DNA of 64,000 nt from an uncultured Methanosarcinaceae archaeon (GTDB lineage Archaea > Halobacteriota > Methanosarcinia > Methanosarcinales > Methanosarcinaceae), in the NCBI GenBank assembly GCA_963727895.1, contig CAVSHT010000011.1, positions 96,001 through 160,000 of the forward strand. Reading direction: 5' to 3'. Made by a program: the position numbers and the translations under genes. Of this stretch, positions 47,161 to 58,082 are shown one piece after another (positions within the stretch are counted from its first letter, which is position 1; each line of letters starts with the position of its first letter). The notes under the pieces were generated by a model. It had not been told where the DNA came from. It made no database searches and worked only from the letters and a program-made list of their open reading frames with translations.

Positions 47161-47988
47161 AATTTTTTTAAGGCTTGTTTTTTAAAATAGAGTTCTAATC
47201 TCCCTCGGAATAATTAGTAGACATTTCTGCAATTGATCTAATTTTAAAACATATTCGTGAACAGGTAAGTCAGAAATTATTGCAGATAAGTTAAAAGTAG
47301 GCTCTAGAACAGTAGAGTGAGCAGCCGAATTACCCCTCGTAACAGATAAAATCGTAGCCACCACAGGCATAACCTGTAATGATATTCTCTCAGGGAAAAT
47401 AGACGGCATGCAAGACGAAATTAAAGACCTTGCTGAAAAGGATGAAAGATCACAAAAAAGAATAATTGATCTCATACTTAACGAAGGAGAAGTAAGTCTA
47501 GCAGTTGCTTTTGACAGGTTGTGGGATGAACAGCAGGAAGAAAGACGAAAAGAAACAGAAGAAAAAGAAAGAACTGAACAGAAACGGCTGCATACCGTGT
47601 TGGAGAAGGGATTTATTCCCCTCTCTTCGGCTAAATATATTTTTAATTTTCGTGTCCGTGTAGTAAATAATATATTTTACTGTGATATATACCTTATTAC
47701 ATTTAATTCATTTTTATATTAATTTGTGTTTATTTTAAACAGTTACACATTTTTCGGGCATTTAAGCTGTTTTTCGCTACAACGTAGAATTTTCGTCTCT
47801 TTTTGCAGGCATGGGCAAATATTCCAATCACACGAGAACTCCTCCGAGTTTGACGTGGTGGTATGTGGTTAATTGGAATCCAGCTGTTCTGAGAGCAAAA
47901 CTCTGTGTGCACAGAATAAAAATAGAGTAAAGGGTACTAGGGGTAAGAAATCTTCTCCTACCCCTTTTAGCCGTGTATTACCACTAAT

Positions 47989-48237
47989 TCATGGCATTAG
48001 TATTGTTGGTATACTGGCTTCTTCTTCACTACTTAACAGTGTGTGGCATGTTACCCGTGTGTTCACCAATTGGCTCACTGGGATTACATTTCTTCCCCTA
48101 CTATGCCACCAGTGAGGTATATTTGGGCAGTCGTGTAACTCTGGTAATCTGTGCTCTACGCAAAAATTTTCACCACATCGTTTGCATTTAAACGGCAATG
48201 ACTGGATCCTTTCACCACATGTTTCACATTTTGTCAT
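47989..48237 (-). CDS. AN1-type zinc finger protein (short or truncated)
   Basis: CETC...LPFKCKRCGENFCVEHRLPELHDC; GGAGG RBS. Confidence 0.8.
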   Translation of the reverse strand: MTKCETCGERIQSLPFKCKRCGENFCVEHRLPELHDCPNIPHWWHSRGRNVIPVSQLVNTRVTCHTLLSSEEEASIPTILMP

Positions 48238-48517
48238 ATTGATCCTCCCTTGAACTTCACAAGATTCTGTGATTACAAGTGGTATTAATAATCTAACTAG
48301 ACTATATATATTTTCAGATTATTATTCGCGGAGACGTTTGAATATATAGGAGGCATATATGCAAAAGCAAACCTTTAACTTGTGCTGCTATGATAAGAAA
48401 AAGAATTAGAAGACTAGATAAGATAAAACTCTATGAGAATGAGTTTTAAAACACGTTCTTAGAAAATGCGCCAATTAATGAAAATAGGTGTATAAGGAAG
48501 CAAAGAGGGTTTAGAAA

Positions 48518-48775
48518 ATGGGCATATTGAGAAAGATTTTAGGCAAAGAAGAAGAAACTGAAATCAAAAAGAAGTCTAAAAAAGCTAGAGATGATGCAAA
48601 TAGAGAAAAAATGAGAACCCCTTCACCGGAAAAGACATCAATTTTTGATAAAGTTAGATCACAGAAAGAACAAGGTGCAAAGAAGGCACCAAAGGTAAAA
48701 GCTGAGCGCGCAGCACAAAAAGCCGCTCAAAAATCAGCACAAAAATCAGCACAGAAAACAGTAAAGCGCAGATAA
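48518..48775 (+). CDS. Small basic Lys/Ala-rich protein
   Basis: 85 aa, AQKS/AQKA repeats, GAGG RBS. Confidence 0.65.
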   Translation: MGILRKILGKEEETEIKKKSKKARDDANREKMRTPSPEKTSIFDKVRSQKEQGAKKAPKVKAERAAQKAAQKSAQKSAQKTVKRR

Positions 48776-48979
48776 TTTTGACCCATTCTTTATTTCAATC
48801 TTTTCCTTTTCATTTTTTTAAAGAGTATACGTTTATTTTAAGTATTTCATTCATAAGATGGACAAATATCAACCTTTTTACCGAGAAGTTTTTGAAATAA
48901 GCGTGGTCACGAGGAAAATTTCAGGCTGAATGGATGAACCTCATCCTTTGTTTAAATCGCTGCCTGATGATTTAAAGAT

Positions 48980-50697
48980 TCACATTTCTACTCTGGATTT
49001 AAAGAAATTTTCGGTATCCTTGTCCATAAAGTAAACGTAACAACCTTTCATTCCTCTTGATAATAAAACCCTATAAGTATTTTTTACTAAATCAGTAAAT
49101 TTATCTTTTGACTTTTTTACGACAGTATCTTCTGAATACTCGGGATGCCCTTCCCATCTTTGAGTCTCAAAATTATATACCAAATCTTTCCCAAATATAA
49201 CCCCAACATAATCAAACTCAAATCCTTGTATAGTGTATACACATCCAACTTGGTTCACACCGCGTGGATCATAAGCCCAAAGAGAAGCTTTTGGGATATC
49301 TTTTGCAAGCTTTTTGGCATCTTGTTTTGCATTCCAAGGTCTCTCAAAATTTCCTATGACCACATCATCCATTAATGTTCCATTTTTATTTGGTTGAGAC
49401 CAAGACCAGCAGAACCCAGCAGTCAATCTTCCAGTAAATCCTTCTTCAATTTTTCCAACTATTTCAGCTTCAAGTTCTTCCGGACTGCTCAGAATCCTGA
49501 AATCAAACTCTTCCTGCTGAGTCCATATAACATTAGCAGTTTTTTTTATTCCCAGTGTATTATTTATCCAATTTACGAATCCATCTGATCCACTACATCT
49601 GAATTGAGCTTCCAATTCGTACTCGAAAACCTGACAATTATTTTTAATTGCATATTCCTTTATAAACTCAACAGATCCTATTTCATCAGGTCTTACAACT
49701 TGATCATCGTCTATAAATAAAACCAAAACTTTTGCAACATTAATTAATTCTTCGATTTGTGGTATTTTTGACTTTCTCTCACGAGAAGTATACCGATTAT
49801 TGCTGGTTTTTCTTATTCTGTGTGCTTCATCAGCGATCAATACATCTATTGAATTCTCGTCTGCACCCATATAACTGTTGAAATACTTAAACTGAGCAGA
49901 ACCACGCATTCCAACTATTTTTCTTAAAGTTTCAGTAAACGCACGTGAGCCGGTAGCGTAATGTGCATTATAACCATCTAAGAGAAGATTAGCCATCAAG
50001 TTAATTGCAATAACAGACTTTCCAGTTCCTGGCCCACCCTTTACAATGATCACGTTCTTTTGATCATCAAAGAAACCGTTTTTGACACAAGAAAGCACTT
50101 TATCAAATACCACCAGCTGTTCATCAAGGAGGGTGTATTCTGGCTTTCCTTTAATCAACTTTCCAACGTGATCCATCAATTTCTTACTTGGCTTATATTT
50201 TCCATTCTCTATTTTCGTAAGGACTTCTAACCCTTTTCCGCTATCTAATTTATTTAGCAAGAACCTTTCAAGTCCACTCACATTATCAGCTGTGAATAAA
50301 GGATAATCTTTGATTACCTCTGAGAATTTATCAGAAAATATAACATCGTGAGAGTCATAACTGTAATTGTGCAGGAAAGTGCAAGAGTTCAGACAAACCG
50401 GATTATCGCCTTCATAGAAAGATGTATGGGTATCTTGTAAATACATTGTGTACTGAGCAACTTGTACAGATGGATGGAGTACTTCTCTTTCATTCCCCCC
50501 AACCCATGTAAGTACTTCATTATCTCCAGAGGCTTCCCTGCATTTGCTCCACTGCTTCAACTCAATAATTACTGCATTATCGACGTTATTTTTATCTCTA
50601 CCAGTTATTAAGCAATCCAATCTCTTAGAAGTAAGTGGTAACTGATACTCAAGAATTACTCCGTGATCTATAAGATTTGCTTCTTCAAACACACTAG
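48980..50697 (-). pseudogene. DUF2075 (Schlafen-group/SF1-like helicase with N-terminal nuclease-like domain), 5' end lost at MITEs
   Basis: IIELKQW, GGPGTGKS, IADEAH, QFRC, VGCVYTIQGFEFDY, YRVLLSRG. Confidence 0.85.
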
Positions 50698-50882
50698 TGT
50701 CTTGGCAATTTAATTGTTGAGCATAATATTGGTAGCTTCTAGTCAGCATATAACGATTTTGAGCTCATTAGATTACTAATAAATAAATTTTCATGACACT
50801 AGTGTCGAGTCAACAGTAAAATGTCGTATAAAATCGATTTTATTTATTCGTAATCGTTGAATTCTTGAGAATTGACGCGACA
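50698..50882. mobile_element. Two tandem MITEs (101 bp and 80 bp), each bounded by CTAG
   Basis: CTAG at 50694, 50799 and 50883; TIRs TGTCTTGGCAATTT/AAATTTTCATGACA and TGTCGAGTCAA/TTGACGCGACA. Confidence 0.75.
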
Positions 50883-51473
50883 CTAGATGGATAAAATAGA
50901 ATTTAGGACTTTTCCAAAAGCCTGAATATTGTAAATAAGGTTGAATCCCCTATTTTCTCAGTTTGCCAAATTGTGATGGTTGCATTCAAAGGCGCCAGAT
51001 TCAGAGTCTAACATAGTAGGATATATTTTACTAAGAACTAGATAAGTCAAGACTTCATAATTAAGATACATACTTTGGGGAGTTGACAGCTTAATTATAC
51101 CGCATTAGTCATCGGTTAAGAAATTTTCTTGCCTGAAAGCTATTGATTTTACATTAGAAGCTGGCCTTAAATTTTAGCTTATTTACATGAAATCGATACC
51201 CTATTACAGCTCAGGATCTATTAACATATTTAACAAATGTTAAATAAATTGATGCAATTTGTCACGATTCCTCACTTAACCTAAAACGCATGAATTATAC
51301 CGTTTTTCTGTTCAAATTCATAACTTCGGTCTCAATTGTATGATTGGTTTGAATTTTAAGACACGCTCTCAGGTTATTAATCTTATAAAAAATTATATTT
51401 TTAAAAGTCGCATATTAATTTTTACTTGAAACACTGGGCACGAGTTTCAGTAAGAACTGAGGTAGAAGAGAAC

Positions 51474-52265
51474 TCATCTCTTTCTGGAGCTGTTAAGTTC
51501 AATCAATTCAGGTTCTTCACCCTGTTTTGTATACTCCATGGTATAATCATTCATCTTACATTCAATTATTATTGCCCCACTCATAGGAGTTGTTCCACCT
51601 GTAACGTCCCAAATAACTTCTTCTTTATTTAATTCATTAACTTTAAATTCGGTTGGATATCTTTCGCTAATTTCGTCACGTATTTTTATGAAATCTGTAG
51701 GGTCTTGTATAAAAATATCTATCGGATTAACAATCGGAACAAATTTCTTGATAAAATGTTTAACAATTTTCATCTCTTCTTTTGACTGATCAGTATATAG
51801 CAACCAACATACTTCAAGATGGTCACGATGATAATAGATAGCTCTAAATGTTTGACCTATTCCCCATACATTTTTGAAAAACTCATGTAATAATTTTTCA
51901 GGGTTTTCATGTGCTTTTATTTTATCGAGTAAAGAATCGATTTCTTGAATTAGATTTTCTTTTTTCGATGCTTTGCTAATGGAAACTATGAGACCTTTGT
52001 AAATTTTACTTGGTTTTGGAGCATTAAGTACTTCAATTTTATTTTTCTCCAAGAAACTAAAATGAAGGTTACCTATGATATGGATCAAAATAACAATTAC
52101 GAGAATAATTAATCCCCATTTAAAGATAATATTAAAATTAATATCTGATGTTAAGAAACTACAGAGTAAGCCTCCAAATACACCACCTACTAAAAAATCA
52201 CTGATAGTGTTGTAAATTGGATACATTCTGGATATCCTCTTATATCGATTGTGAATTCCTTTCAT
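51474..52265 (-). CDS. Two-TM plus CARF effector (Cam1/Cam2-like)
   Basis: Two N-terminal hydrophobic helices; KGLIVSIS, CWLLYT and WDVTGGTTPMS CARF motifs; last gene of the cas cluster. Confidence 0.75.
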   Translation of the reverse strand: MKGIHNRYKRISRMYPIYNTISDFLVGGVFGGLLCSFLTSDINFNIIFKWGLIILVIVILIHIIGNLHFSFLEKNKIEVLNAPKPSKIYKGLIVSISKASKKENLIQEIDSLLDKIKAHENPEKLLHEFFKNVWGIGQTFRAIYYHRDHLEVCWLLYTDQSKEEMKIVKHFIKKFVPIVNPIDIFIQDPTDFIKIRDEISERYPTEFKVNELNKEEVIWDVTGGTTPMSGAIIIECKMNDYTMEYTKQGEEPELIELNSSRKR

Positions 52266-52521
52266 TTTAATACCTCATTAGAAGTCAGCATTTAAAAACT
52301 GAGCCAATTTGGTAAGTTAAATATGTGACTCTATGACTACAGCCCCTTCCAGCTTTGAACCATCTGTAGCTATGAACTTTGTTGGGTGTTGAAGTATTAA
52401 AATACAAAACTCGGGGTTACATAAGGTAACCATTTACTAAAAATCTAATTTCCAAGCCTTAAAGGAACGATATATTAGAAGATCAAGCTATGACAAAATT
52501 TTTGGATCTAATTTGCATCTT

Positions 52522-54537
52522 TTAAGGTGGGCTGATATTAAATGGATCAGGTAACACTGGACGTTCTTTATATTCATTATCGGGATTGATCTGAAGATAC
52601 CTGGTTAAATCAGTGTTAGGTCCCATCCATTCCATCATCTTAAGAAGCATTTTTATCCTCTCAACTTCATATAGCTGGTCTTTTTTTTCACCAATTTTTT
52701 CTAATATGTGCTTTTCAAAACTATTAATTAACTTAGTTTTAGATTCATAAGGCAGCTTGTGCACAGCTTCATACCATGAATCACCTTCAAACAACTTGTG
52801 ATATCTCTCGTCCCTTTTAGATTCATAAAGTTCAGGTTTCATCTTAATTGCACCCATCCCAAAGGGTTTTCCCATTCCTAGCGAATGGCGATATTCTTTA
52901 CCTTCTTCCCCAGGAAGTGTCAAAACCCACAATAAAGCGCCCAATTCAAAATCTCTTAAGTTTTCAAAATAGATGCGGAATGAAAAAGTAACTCCTGATT
53001 TTATCGGTTTAATTCTCGTATACTGTGTAGGCGACTTTTCAATATTTCTCATATCTAGTTCTTTTATATCTTCTAATTTAACTTCGCCTTTATGCCAATA
53101 CATCTTATGCCCACGAATTACAGTATCATATGGTGAAGGAGTGGCATAGTGAGCTAAATTTACCTTTTGATCAGGATCATGGGATTTATGTAGATCCTGA
53201 ACTAGATAATGTTGAAATGTTGTAGGCTTGGGGGATGCAAGGATTTTCGGAATAATCGTTTTCTGCTTTTCGATTAGCCATATGTCTTCAAATGGAGACT
53301 CAAGTTTTGCATCAGTGAAGAATACACGTCCTGCGCATGAAGTTTTGTGACTATTTTTTGATTCATAGCCAAAAATAGCTTCAGAAATGTCAATTTCATC
53401 TTTCTCTCTCAATTTTTCAGGAACAAAGTGAATTACCGATTCATCATAAGGCAATCGAAACATCATTGTTGGGCCCAAAAAAACAAGTTCTTCCTTGTCA
53501 TCCACAAGATAAAACAATGGATCTCCATCTTCACAGAGAGGACGGCTTGAAATTCCACGAGAGATACCCCGGTCATCTGAATAAAGTGACCATATGTGAT
53601 TAGGGATCAAAATTGGTTTTTCCTTAGTATCTGGCTCATAAATGGCACAATGCATGTGCTTTTCTGTTCTCCCACCCATATGCCCACTACGTACAATAAC
53701 AGCCTTTTCAAACCCATCTTCTTTTCCTTCAGAAATTTGTCTTATATCTGATTTGTTTTGAACAACAGCAAGATTTAATGCCAAATCACGACTTGATCTT
53801 TGTGGAATCGTTCTTTCTTTTGGAGGACGAATATAAACCTCAATTATATCTTTTGCAGTATAATCTTCCTTTGGATAATGTTTATCACATTTAACCGCTT
53901 GTGCTGCATTGTATTCAATATGAACAAATGTTTCCCCATATATTTCACGAGCTGGCTGTATAGACCAATGTGATCCCTCTTTTTTTAAATACCCTCCACG
54001 AACATTTGATGAAGGATATTCAAAAAAATACTTTTGATTCATATTATTTTGCTGATTATTACCTAACAACTTGTTCCGATAAGATGCGCCCAAACTGCTT
54101 GAATCACCAACAGCACGATAAACAAGTTTTTTGTCTGTTACCCATTGTATTTTTCCATAACTTGCAATCTCCACCAAAGATCTAATCATTCCTCGTAGAG
54201 TGCTACCTGGAATTACTGGAATATCTACATTATCTCTATAAAAAAACTGGGCACATTTGTATTTCTGATCTGGATTCAGTTCATGAAATTTTTTATCCCC
54301 ATGTTCACTAAAAAAAGAAGGAGTCATTGAGCAACGGACGTACAATGTGGATTCGGTTTTCATGGTGCATTCTATATAGCCGGTGTTATTAGTGTAAGTG
54401 TCTTGGTCCGGTACTTTATCGATAACAGTTACCAATTTATCTGGCAAGGGTATAAAGTTGTAAGGAGCATATGCCCAAAAAGACTTATTTCTTCTGTCAA
54501 AGCGTTTCCTTGTAGGATTTGAATGCTTTGGTAACAT
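52522..54537 (-). CDS. Type III-D large Cas7 with insertion (TIGR03986-like)
   Basis: APYNFIPL, IPGSTLRGMIRS, AGRVFF, RGHKMYWH, LGMGKPFGMG. Confidence 0.9.
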   Translation of the reverse strand: MLPKHSNPTRKRFDRRNKSFWAYAPYNFIPLPDKLVTVIDKVPDQDTYTNNTGYIECTMKTESTLYVRCSMTPSFFSEHGDKKFHELNPDQKYKCAQFFYRDNVDIPVIPGSTLRGMIRSLVEIASYGKIQWVTDKKLVYRAVGDSSSLGASYRNKLLGNNQQNNMNQKYFFEYPSSNVRGGYLKKEGSHWSIQPAREIYGETFVHIEYNAAQAVKCDKHYPKEDYTAKDIIEVYIRPPKERTIPQRSSRDLALNLAVVQNKSDIRQISEGKEDGFEKAVIVRSGHMGGRTEKHMHCAIYEPDTKEKPILIPNHIWSLYSDDRGISRGISSRPLCEDGDPLFYLVDDKEELVFLGPTMMFRLPYDESVIHFVPEKLREKDEIDISEAIFGYESKNSHKTSCAGRVFFTDAKLESPFEDIWLIEKQKTIIPKILASPKPTTFQHYLVQDLHKSHDPDQKVNLAHYATPSPYDTVIRGHKMYWHKGEVKLEDIKELDMRNIEKSPTQYTRIKPIKSGVTFSFRIYFENLRDFELGALLWVLTLPGEEGKEYRHSLGMGKPFGMGAIKMKPELYESKRDERYHKLFEGDSWYEAVHKLPYESKTKLINSFEKHILEKIGEKKDQLYEVERIKMLLKMMEWMGPNTDLTRYLQINPDNEYKERPVLPDPFNISPP

Positions 54538-55103
54538 TAAACCACCCCTTTTATAATATCCGCTCTAATAAATACCAGTCGACTGAATTTTATATATGCC
54601 TGGCCATCTTTGTCATAATCTAGATAGTGTCGTACCTTAAGTTTCAAGTCCCTGTTTGAATCAACCGGTGGAGCATGTCGTAATCCTTCAGATCCATGTT
54701 CCCACAGAAAAAAACCATTATTGCTATTTTCCTGTCTGGTACCCCATAAAAGCATAGTTTCATCAAAATATTCTATATCTTGTCCTTGATTATCAATCAC
54801 CAAGCGGGCTTGCCAGCTACAAGAATCAGTTCTCCAAATGAATAACTCACCATTAGTACCAAATAACCTTGCCATCTGAAGAGTTTTTGATCTCAATGAA
54901 GGTCCAAATAAGTTAGACGACAGGTGAATCCTATCATCTCTCAATTCACCCCATATTACTCCATCGTCAGCATGAACTAATAACCACTTGAGATCATAAG
55001 CTTTAGCCTGTTCCTCAAACCATACTGCTATATTGCCTCCAAAATCGGCTGGAACACTTAGCGGGAGGATTTTATACTTCAGATTCAGGACCTTTGGTTT
55101 CAT
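54537..55103 (-). CDS. csx19: Csx19 (type III-D)
   Basis: HADDGVIWG, ARLFG..GELFIWR, LWGT, VRHYL..SRL. Confidence 0.85.
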   Translation of the reverse strand: MKPKVLNLKYKILPLSVPADFGGNIAVWFEEQAKAYDLKWLLVHADDGVIWGELRDDRIHLSSNLFGPSLRSKTLQMARLFGTNGELFIWRTDSCSWQARLVIDNQGQDIEYFDETMLLWGTRQENSNNGFFLWEHGSEGLRHAPPVDSNRDLKLKVRHYLDYDKDGQAYIKFSRLVFIRADIIKGVV

Positions 55104-56527
55104 GCTACAATACCTCCAATAAAATCACTTACATAATTTTCAAGCCTATCCCTGTCACCTACAATTTCTATCTTTCCGTTATTTTTTTTATTGATTTCCC
55201 ATACATGTTGTGTGTCAAAACTTTCTTTATATGTTATTTTTGCATTTAGTCCACGCAAACGTCCTCTTCCCACACTTGCTTCACCACCTAATGGTAAATC
55301 ACCGGTCCATAAATCTTTCAGCAGGAGTAGTAAGAGTCCTATTTGGGCACTTTCTGGTTTTTGGATCTGTACTTTAAATTTAACGTTTGTTCCCTTCTGC
55401 TCAAAAATTGGTTGTTCATTAAAAAGTGCTGTAGGGAGAGAGCTACCAGTGAAACGGTCAATCTTGATACGTTGTTGCACAAGGTTCAAGGGATTTGTGA
55501 TTTCGTTTTCAGTTGTTATTAGCTGACTTGCAGAAGCTTTATCTGAAGGAGATTTGATTTCTGGACCAAATAATCTGTTTATCATTTCGCTGGCTTTTTC
55601 TTCGCTCCCAATAGTTTTTGCAATACGAAATGCTCTTGCTCTTAATGAACCCGCCAAGCTGGTACCACTTAAAACAGGAATTGACTCTCCGTTTCGGTTT
55701 GAATGAAGATGAACCATATCTGGAGCATCGGCTTTATCATACCCTGACCTAATGATCATGGAACCATCAAGAGAAAAAGTGGCATTCATTGTGAAAAGGT
55801 GTCTTTTATCAATTAGGTTACTTTCATTAATGCCTAATAAAGTAAAAATGTTCTGACCACGCTTTTCCTCCTTCAGATCCTCATCCAGCCAATTAATTAG
55901 CCCTTTAGGAGTTGTTAAGTTGTAGCGGCAGACATTCCATTCTTTTATCTTACAGCTACCAAATCCTCTCCTCTTACGAAAACCTAAAGATATTTCTCCT
56001 TTTTCCAATCCTTTTAAAGCAATAGCCAGACCAAGAAGTAGTTTTTCTTTTCTTGTATCTTCTTTCGGGGTCAATAATTCCATTTCGATGGAGAAACAAG
56101 TACCTGCTTCAATCAGTTCAAAATCAAATTTGTGTTTATCTTCTGCTGTTCGAGTCTTGTTATCGATTTTTACTCCGTCTCTCAATTCTACCTTTGGTTT
56201 TTCACCCAATGAATCGTTAACAATAAGCAGACTTTGTTCACCTTCATCGTCTTCCTGGTTACCAAATAGATTCATATATAGTGATTTTTTGTCACCTTGT
56301 TGTCCGTAACCGTGTTCATATTCCCTCAAATAACTTCGCAAAGCACCAGCTAAAGACGCGCCAGTCAAAAGAGTCTTACCTTCTAATGGATCTAATGCTA
56401 ATGGGATATCCACCAGCTCATCGTGGTCACCTGCGCCAAAATATGTTGGTGTTTCCAAAACAAGGCTTCCAAGGATAGTGATTCTCTCTACAATCTCTCG
56501 ACTTTTCAACCAATGAGAATTATCCAT
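55100..56527 (-). CDS. Cas7-Cas7 fusion RAMP (Csm3 group)
   Basis: Two RAMP units (GASLAGALRS/RDGVKID and GTSLAGSLRA/IDRFTG), each with a G-rich loop. Confidence 0.88.
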   Translation of the reverse strand: MDNSHWLKSREIVERITILGSLVLETPTYFGAGDHDELVDIPLALDPLEGKTLLTGASLAGALRSYLREYEHGYGQQGDKKSLYMNLFGNQEDDEGEQSLLIVNDSLGEKPKVELRDGVKIDNKTRTAEDKHKFDFELIEAGTCFSIEMELLTPKEDTRKEKLLLGLAIALKGLEKGEISLGFRKRRGFGSCKIKEWNVCRYNLTTPKGLINWLDEDLKEEKRGQNIFTLLGINESNLIDKRHLFTMNATFSLDGSMIIRSGYDKADAPDMVHLHSNRNGESIPVLSGTSLAGSLRARAFRIAKTIGSEEKASEMINRLFGPEIKSPSDKASASQLITTENEITNPLNLVQQRIKIDRFTGSSLPTALFNEQPIFEQKGTNVKFKVQIQKPESAQIGLLLLLLKDLWTGDLPLGGEASVGRGRLRGLNAKITYKESFDTQHVWEINKKNNGKIEIVGDRDRLENYVSDFIGGIVA

Positions 56528-58082
56528 TGTTTACCTCCTTGGATGCTTTGTGAAGAACTGCATCAATCAGACGAGCAGTGTATTCACGAGCCAGATTATC
56601 ATTTAAATCTGATTTTATATTTCCTAACGAGGGTAAGTTATTTTTATTAACTTGAAGTATATCCCAAACACTTTGTGGATTTGCTGCAAATTCCTTAATC
56701 CACTGTTCCAGTGATTTTCCTTCAATCTGGGCATTTTGAAACTGATCACTTGCAGTTTTTTTCATTTTATCCAGGTGACTTGTAACTATGGACAAATCAT
56801 CCTCACTCAAAGATCGACGAACTATCACGCGCATGCGGGACAGCTGAGATTTCTTTGGAATGGATTCTTTTGTTATTTCCAATTTGTTAACTGCCTTGAT
56901 TAAATCTCGATCCAGCTTTTCTTTAGTCATCCTGCTAACAATTCTTTTAGCCAAGCACAAGCTATCCGGATCTTTTATTTCGTAAGGTAAAGTAGATTCT
57001 TTAAACTCCCACTTTTCTGCTTTAATTCCATTTACTTGGTGCCAGTTGACAGCAATTCGTCCATAACCTTCTTCTCTTTTTTCTCCAATCCCAGTGATCT
57101 TGAGTGTTTCTAACCGATCAAGCAATTCTGAACTTTTTTCGTAAACAAATACGCTGCCTGCTCGAATAGCTAAAACCTGAGGAAGGGGAAGATTCCAGGT
57201 ATTATTGAAGCCTCCTCTTATCCGCGTGCTTACAAAGGCTTTTTTAAGAGACTTTGACTCCACACCTAAAACGGAATTGATGTTTGTGCTGTAAGCGCCA
57301 GTATTCTTGTCGCAGATAAGAGTATCACTTAAAAGAGTAACTACTATTGTGTTGTCTTCTTCATCGCCAACAGTAAAATATTCTTCCCAATTATCACAAA
57401 TGTTTATGTTATTGATCTTTACATGTCCGTAGCCTGCAAGATGTGATTTCCCTAAATTAAAGATCGCTCCGTCTGTTAATAAATCTTTAATCTTTTTAAA
57501 GCATAATTCATTCTCAGCTAATATAACACCGGAGAAATCTTGACCTGCTTCCAATGCTTGATAACGAAAAATTGTACTTTCTCCAGCAGTCTCTCTTTGT
57601 CTATTCGCACGAAAGATATGTATTTGGACTTGATTAGAAGGTTGATATAAAATGATTCCTTCTCCCTCATCGTTTTCAAACAAATAACAAAAAGGTTCAG
57701 AAACTTTTTTCCAATTTCTTTCAGGGTCATTCTCTCCGTTGTCTGAAAAATCCCCTGTCGCAAAGTCATATATTATGTTATCAGGATCACCTTTTTCTAC
57801 ATGCCATGAAAGAGGAGTAGGTAAAGACCGGCTATAATCTTTATTTGAAGGATATGCATTTAAGAAGCGTACAGCTCCATCAAAAAAAAGCTCTCTAAAT
57901 TCAGCGTCTTCCGCATCGATTGAGCTCTTCGGTTTTCCTTGGAGATACTTGCCTATCAATGCCCCTCTAATTACACTGCTAGGAATAAATTCAAATCCAA
58001 TCGCACTGTTTGGATCCCCTCCACTTATATCGTTTACCAATAAGGGTTCTAATAAATGTATATTGAAAGTCAATGCTTTCAT
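56520..58082 (-). CDS. csx10: Csx10-like Cas5 RAMP, probably fused to the small subunit (Cas11)
   Basis: IPSSVIRGAL, PTPLSW, LGKSHLAGYG, AGSVF, GIGEKREEGYG; helical C-terminal KSQLSR domain. Confidence 0.8.
   Translation of the reverse strand: MKALTFNIHLLEPLLVNDISGGDPNSAIGFEFIPSSVIRGALIGKYLQGKPKSSIDAEDAEFRELFFDGAVRFLNAYPSNKDYSRSLPTPLSWHVEKGDPDNIIYDFATGDFSDNGENDPERNWKKVSEPFCYLFENDEGEGIILYQPSNQVQIHIFRANRQRETAGESTIFRYQALEAGQDFSGVILAENELCFKKIKDLLTDGAIFNLGKSHLAGYGHVKINNINICDNWEEYFTVGDEEDNTIVVTLLSDTLICDKNTGAYSTNINSVLGVESKSLKKAFVSTRIRGGFNNTWNLPLPQVLAIRAGSVFVYEKSSELLDRLETLKITGIGEKREEGYGRIAVNWHQVNGIKAEKWEFKESTLPYEIKDPDSLCLAKRIVSRMTKEKLDRDLIKAVNKLEITKESIPKKSQLSRMRVIVRRSLSEDDLSIVTSHLDKMKKTASDQFQNAQIEGKSLEQWIKEFAANPQSVWDILQVNKNNLPSLGNIKSDLNDNLAREYTARLIDAVLHKASKEVNNG

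Larger units (their letters stand above)
41024..47722. mobile_element. Integrated plasmid-like element (int, RHH, prim-pol, helicase, ParB-like remnants); right boundary not determined
   Basis: Gene set and translational coupling typical of integrative replicons; no att direct repeat found by eye. Confidence 0.75.

Noticed and set aside
48230..48410. attR matching the ileS 5' region
   Set aside because: Only a 7-bp RBS match (GATCCTC) and a weak match in the wrong orientation
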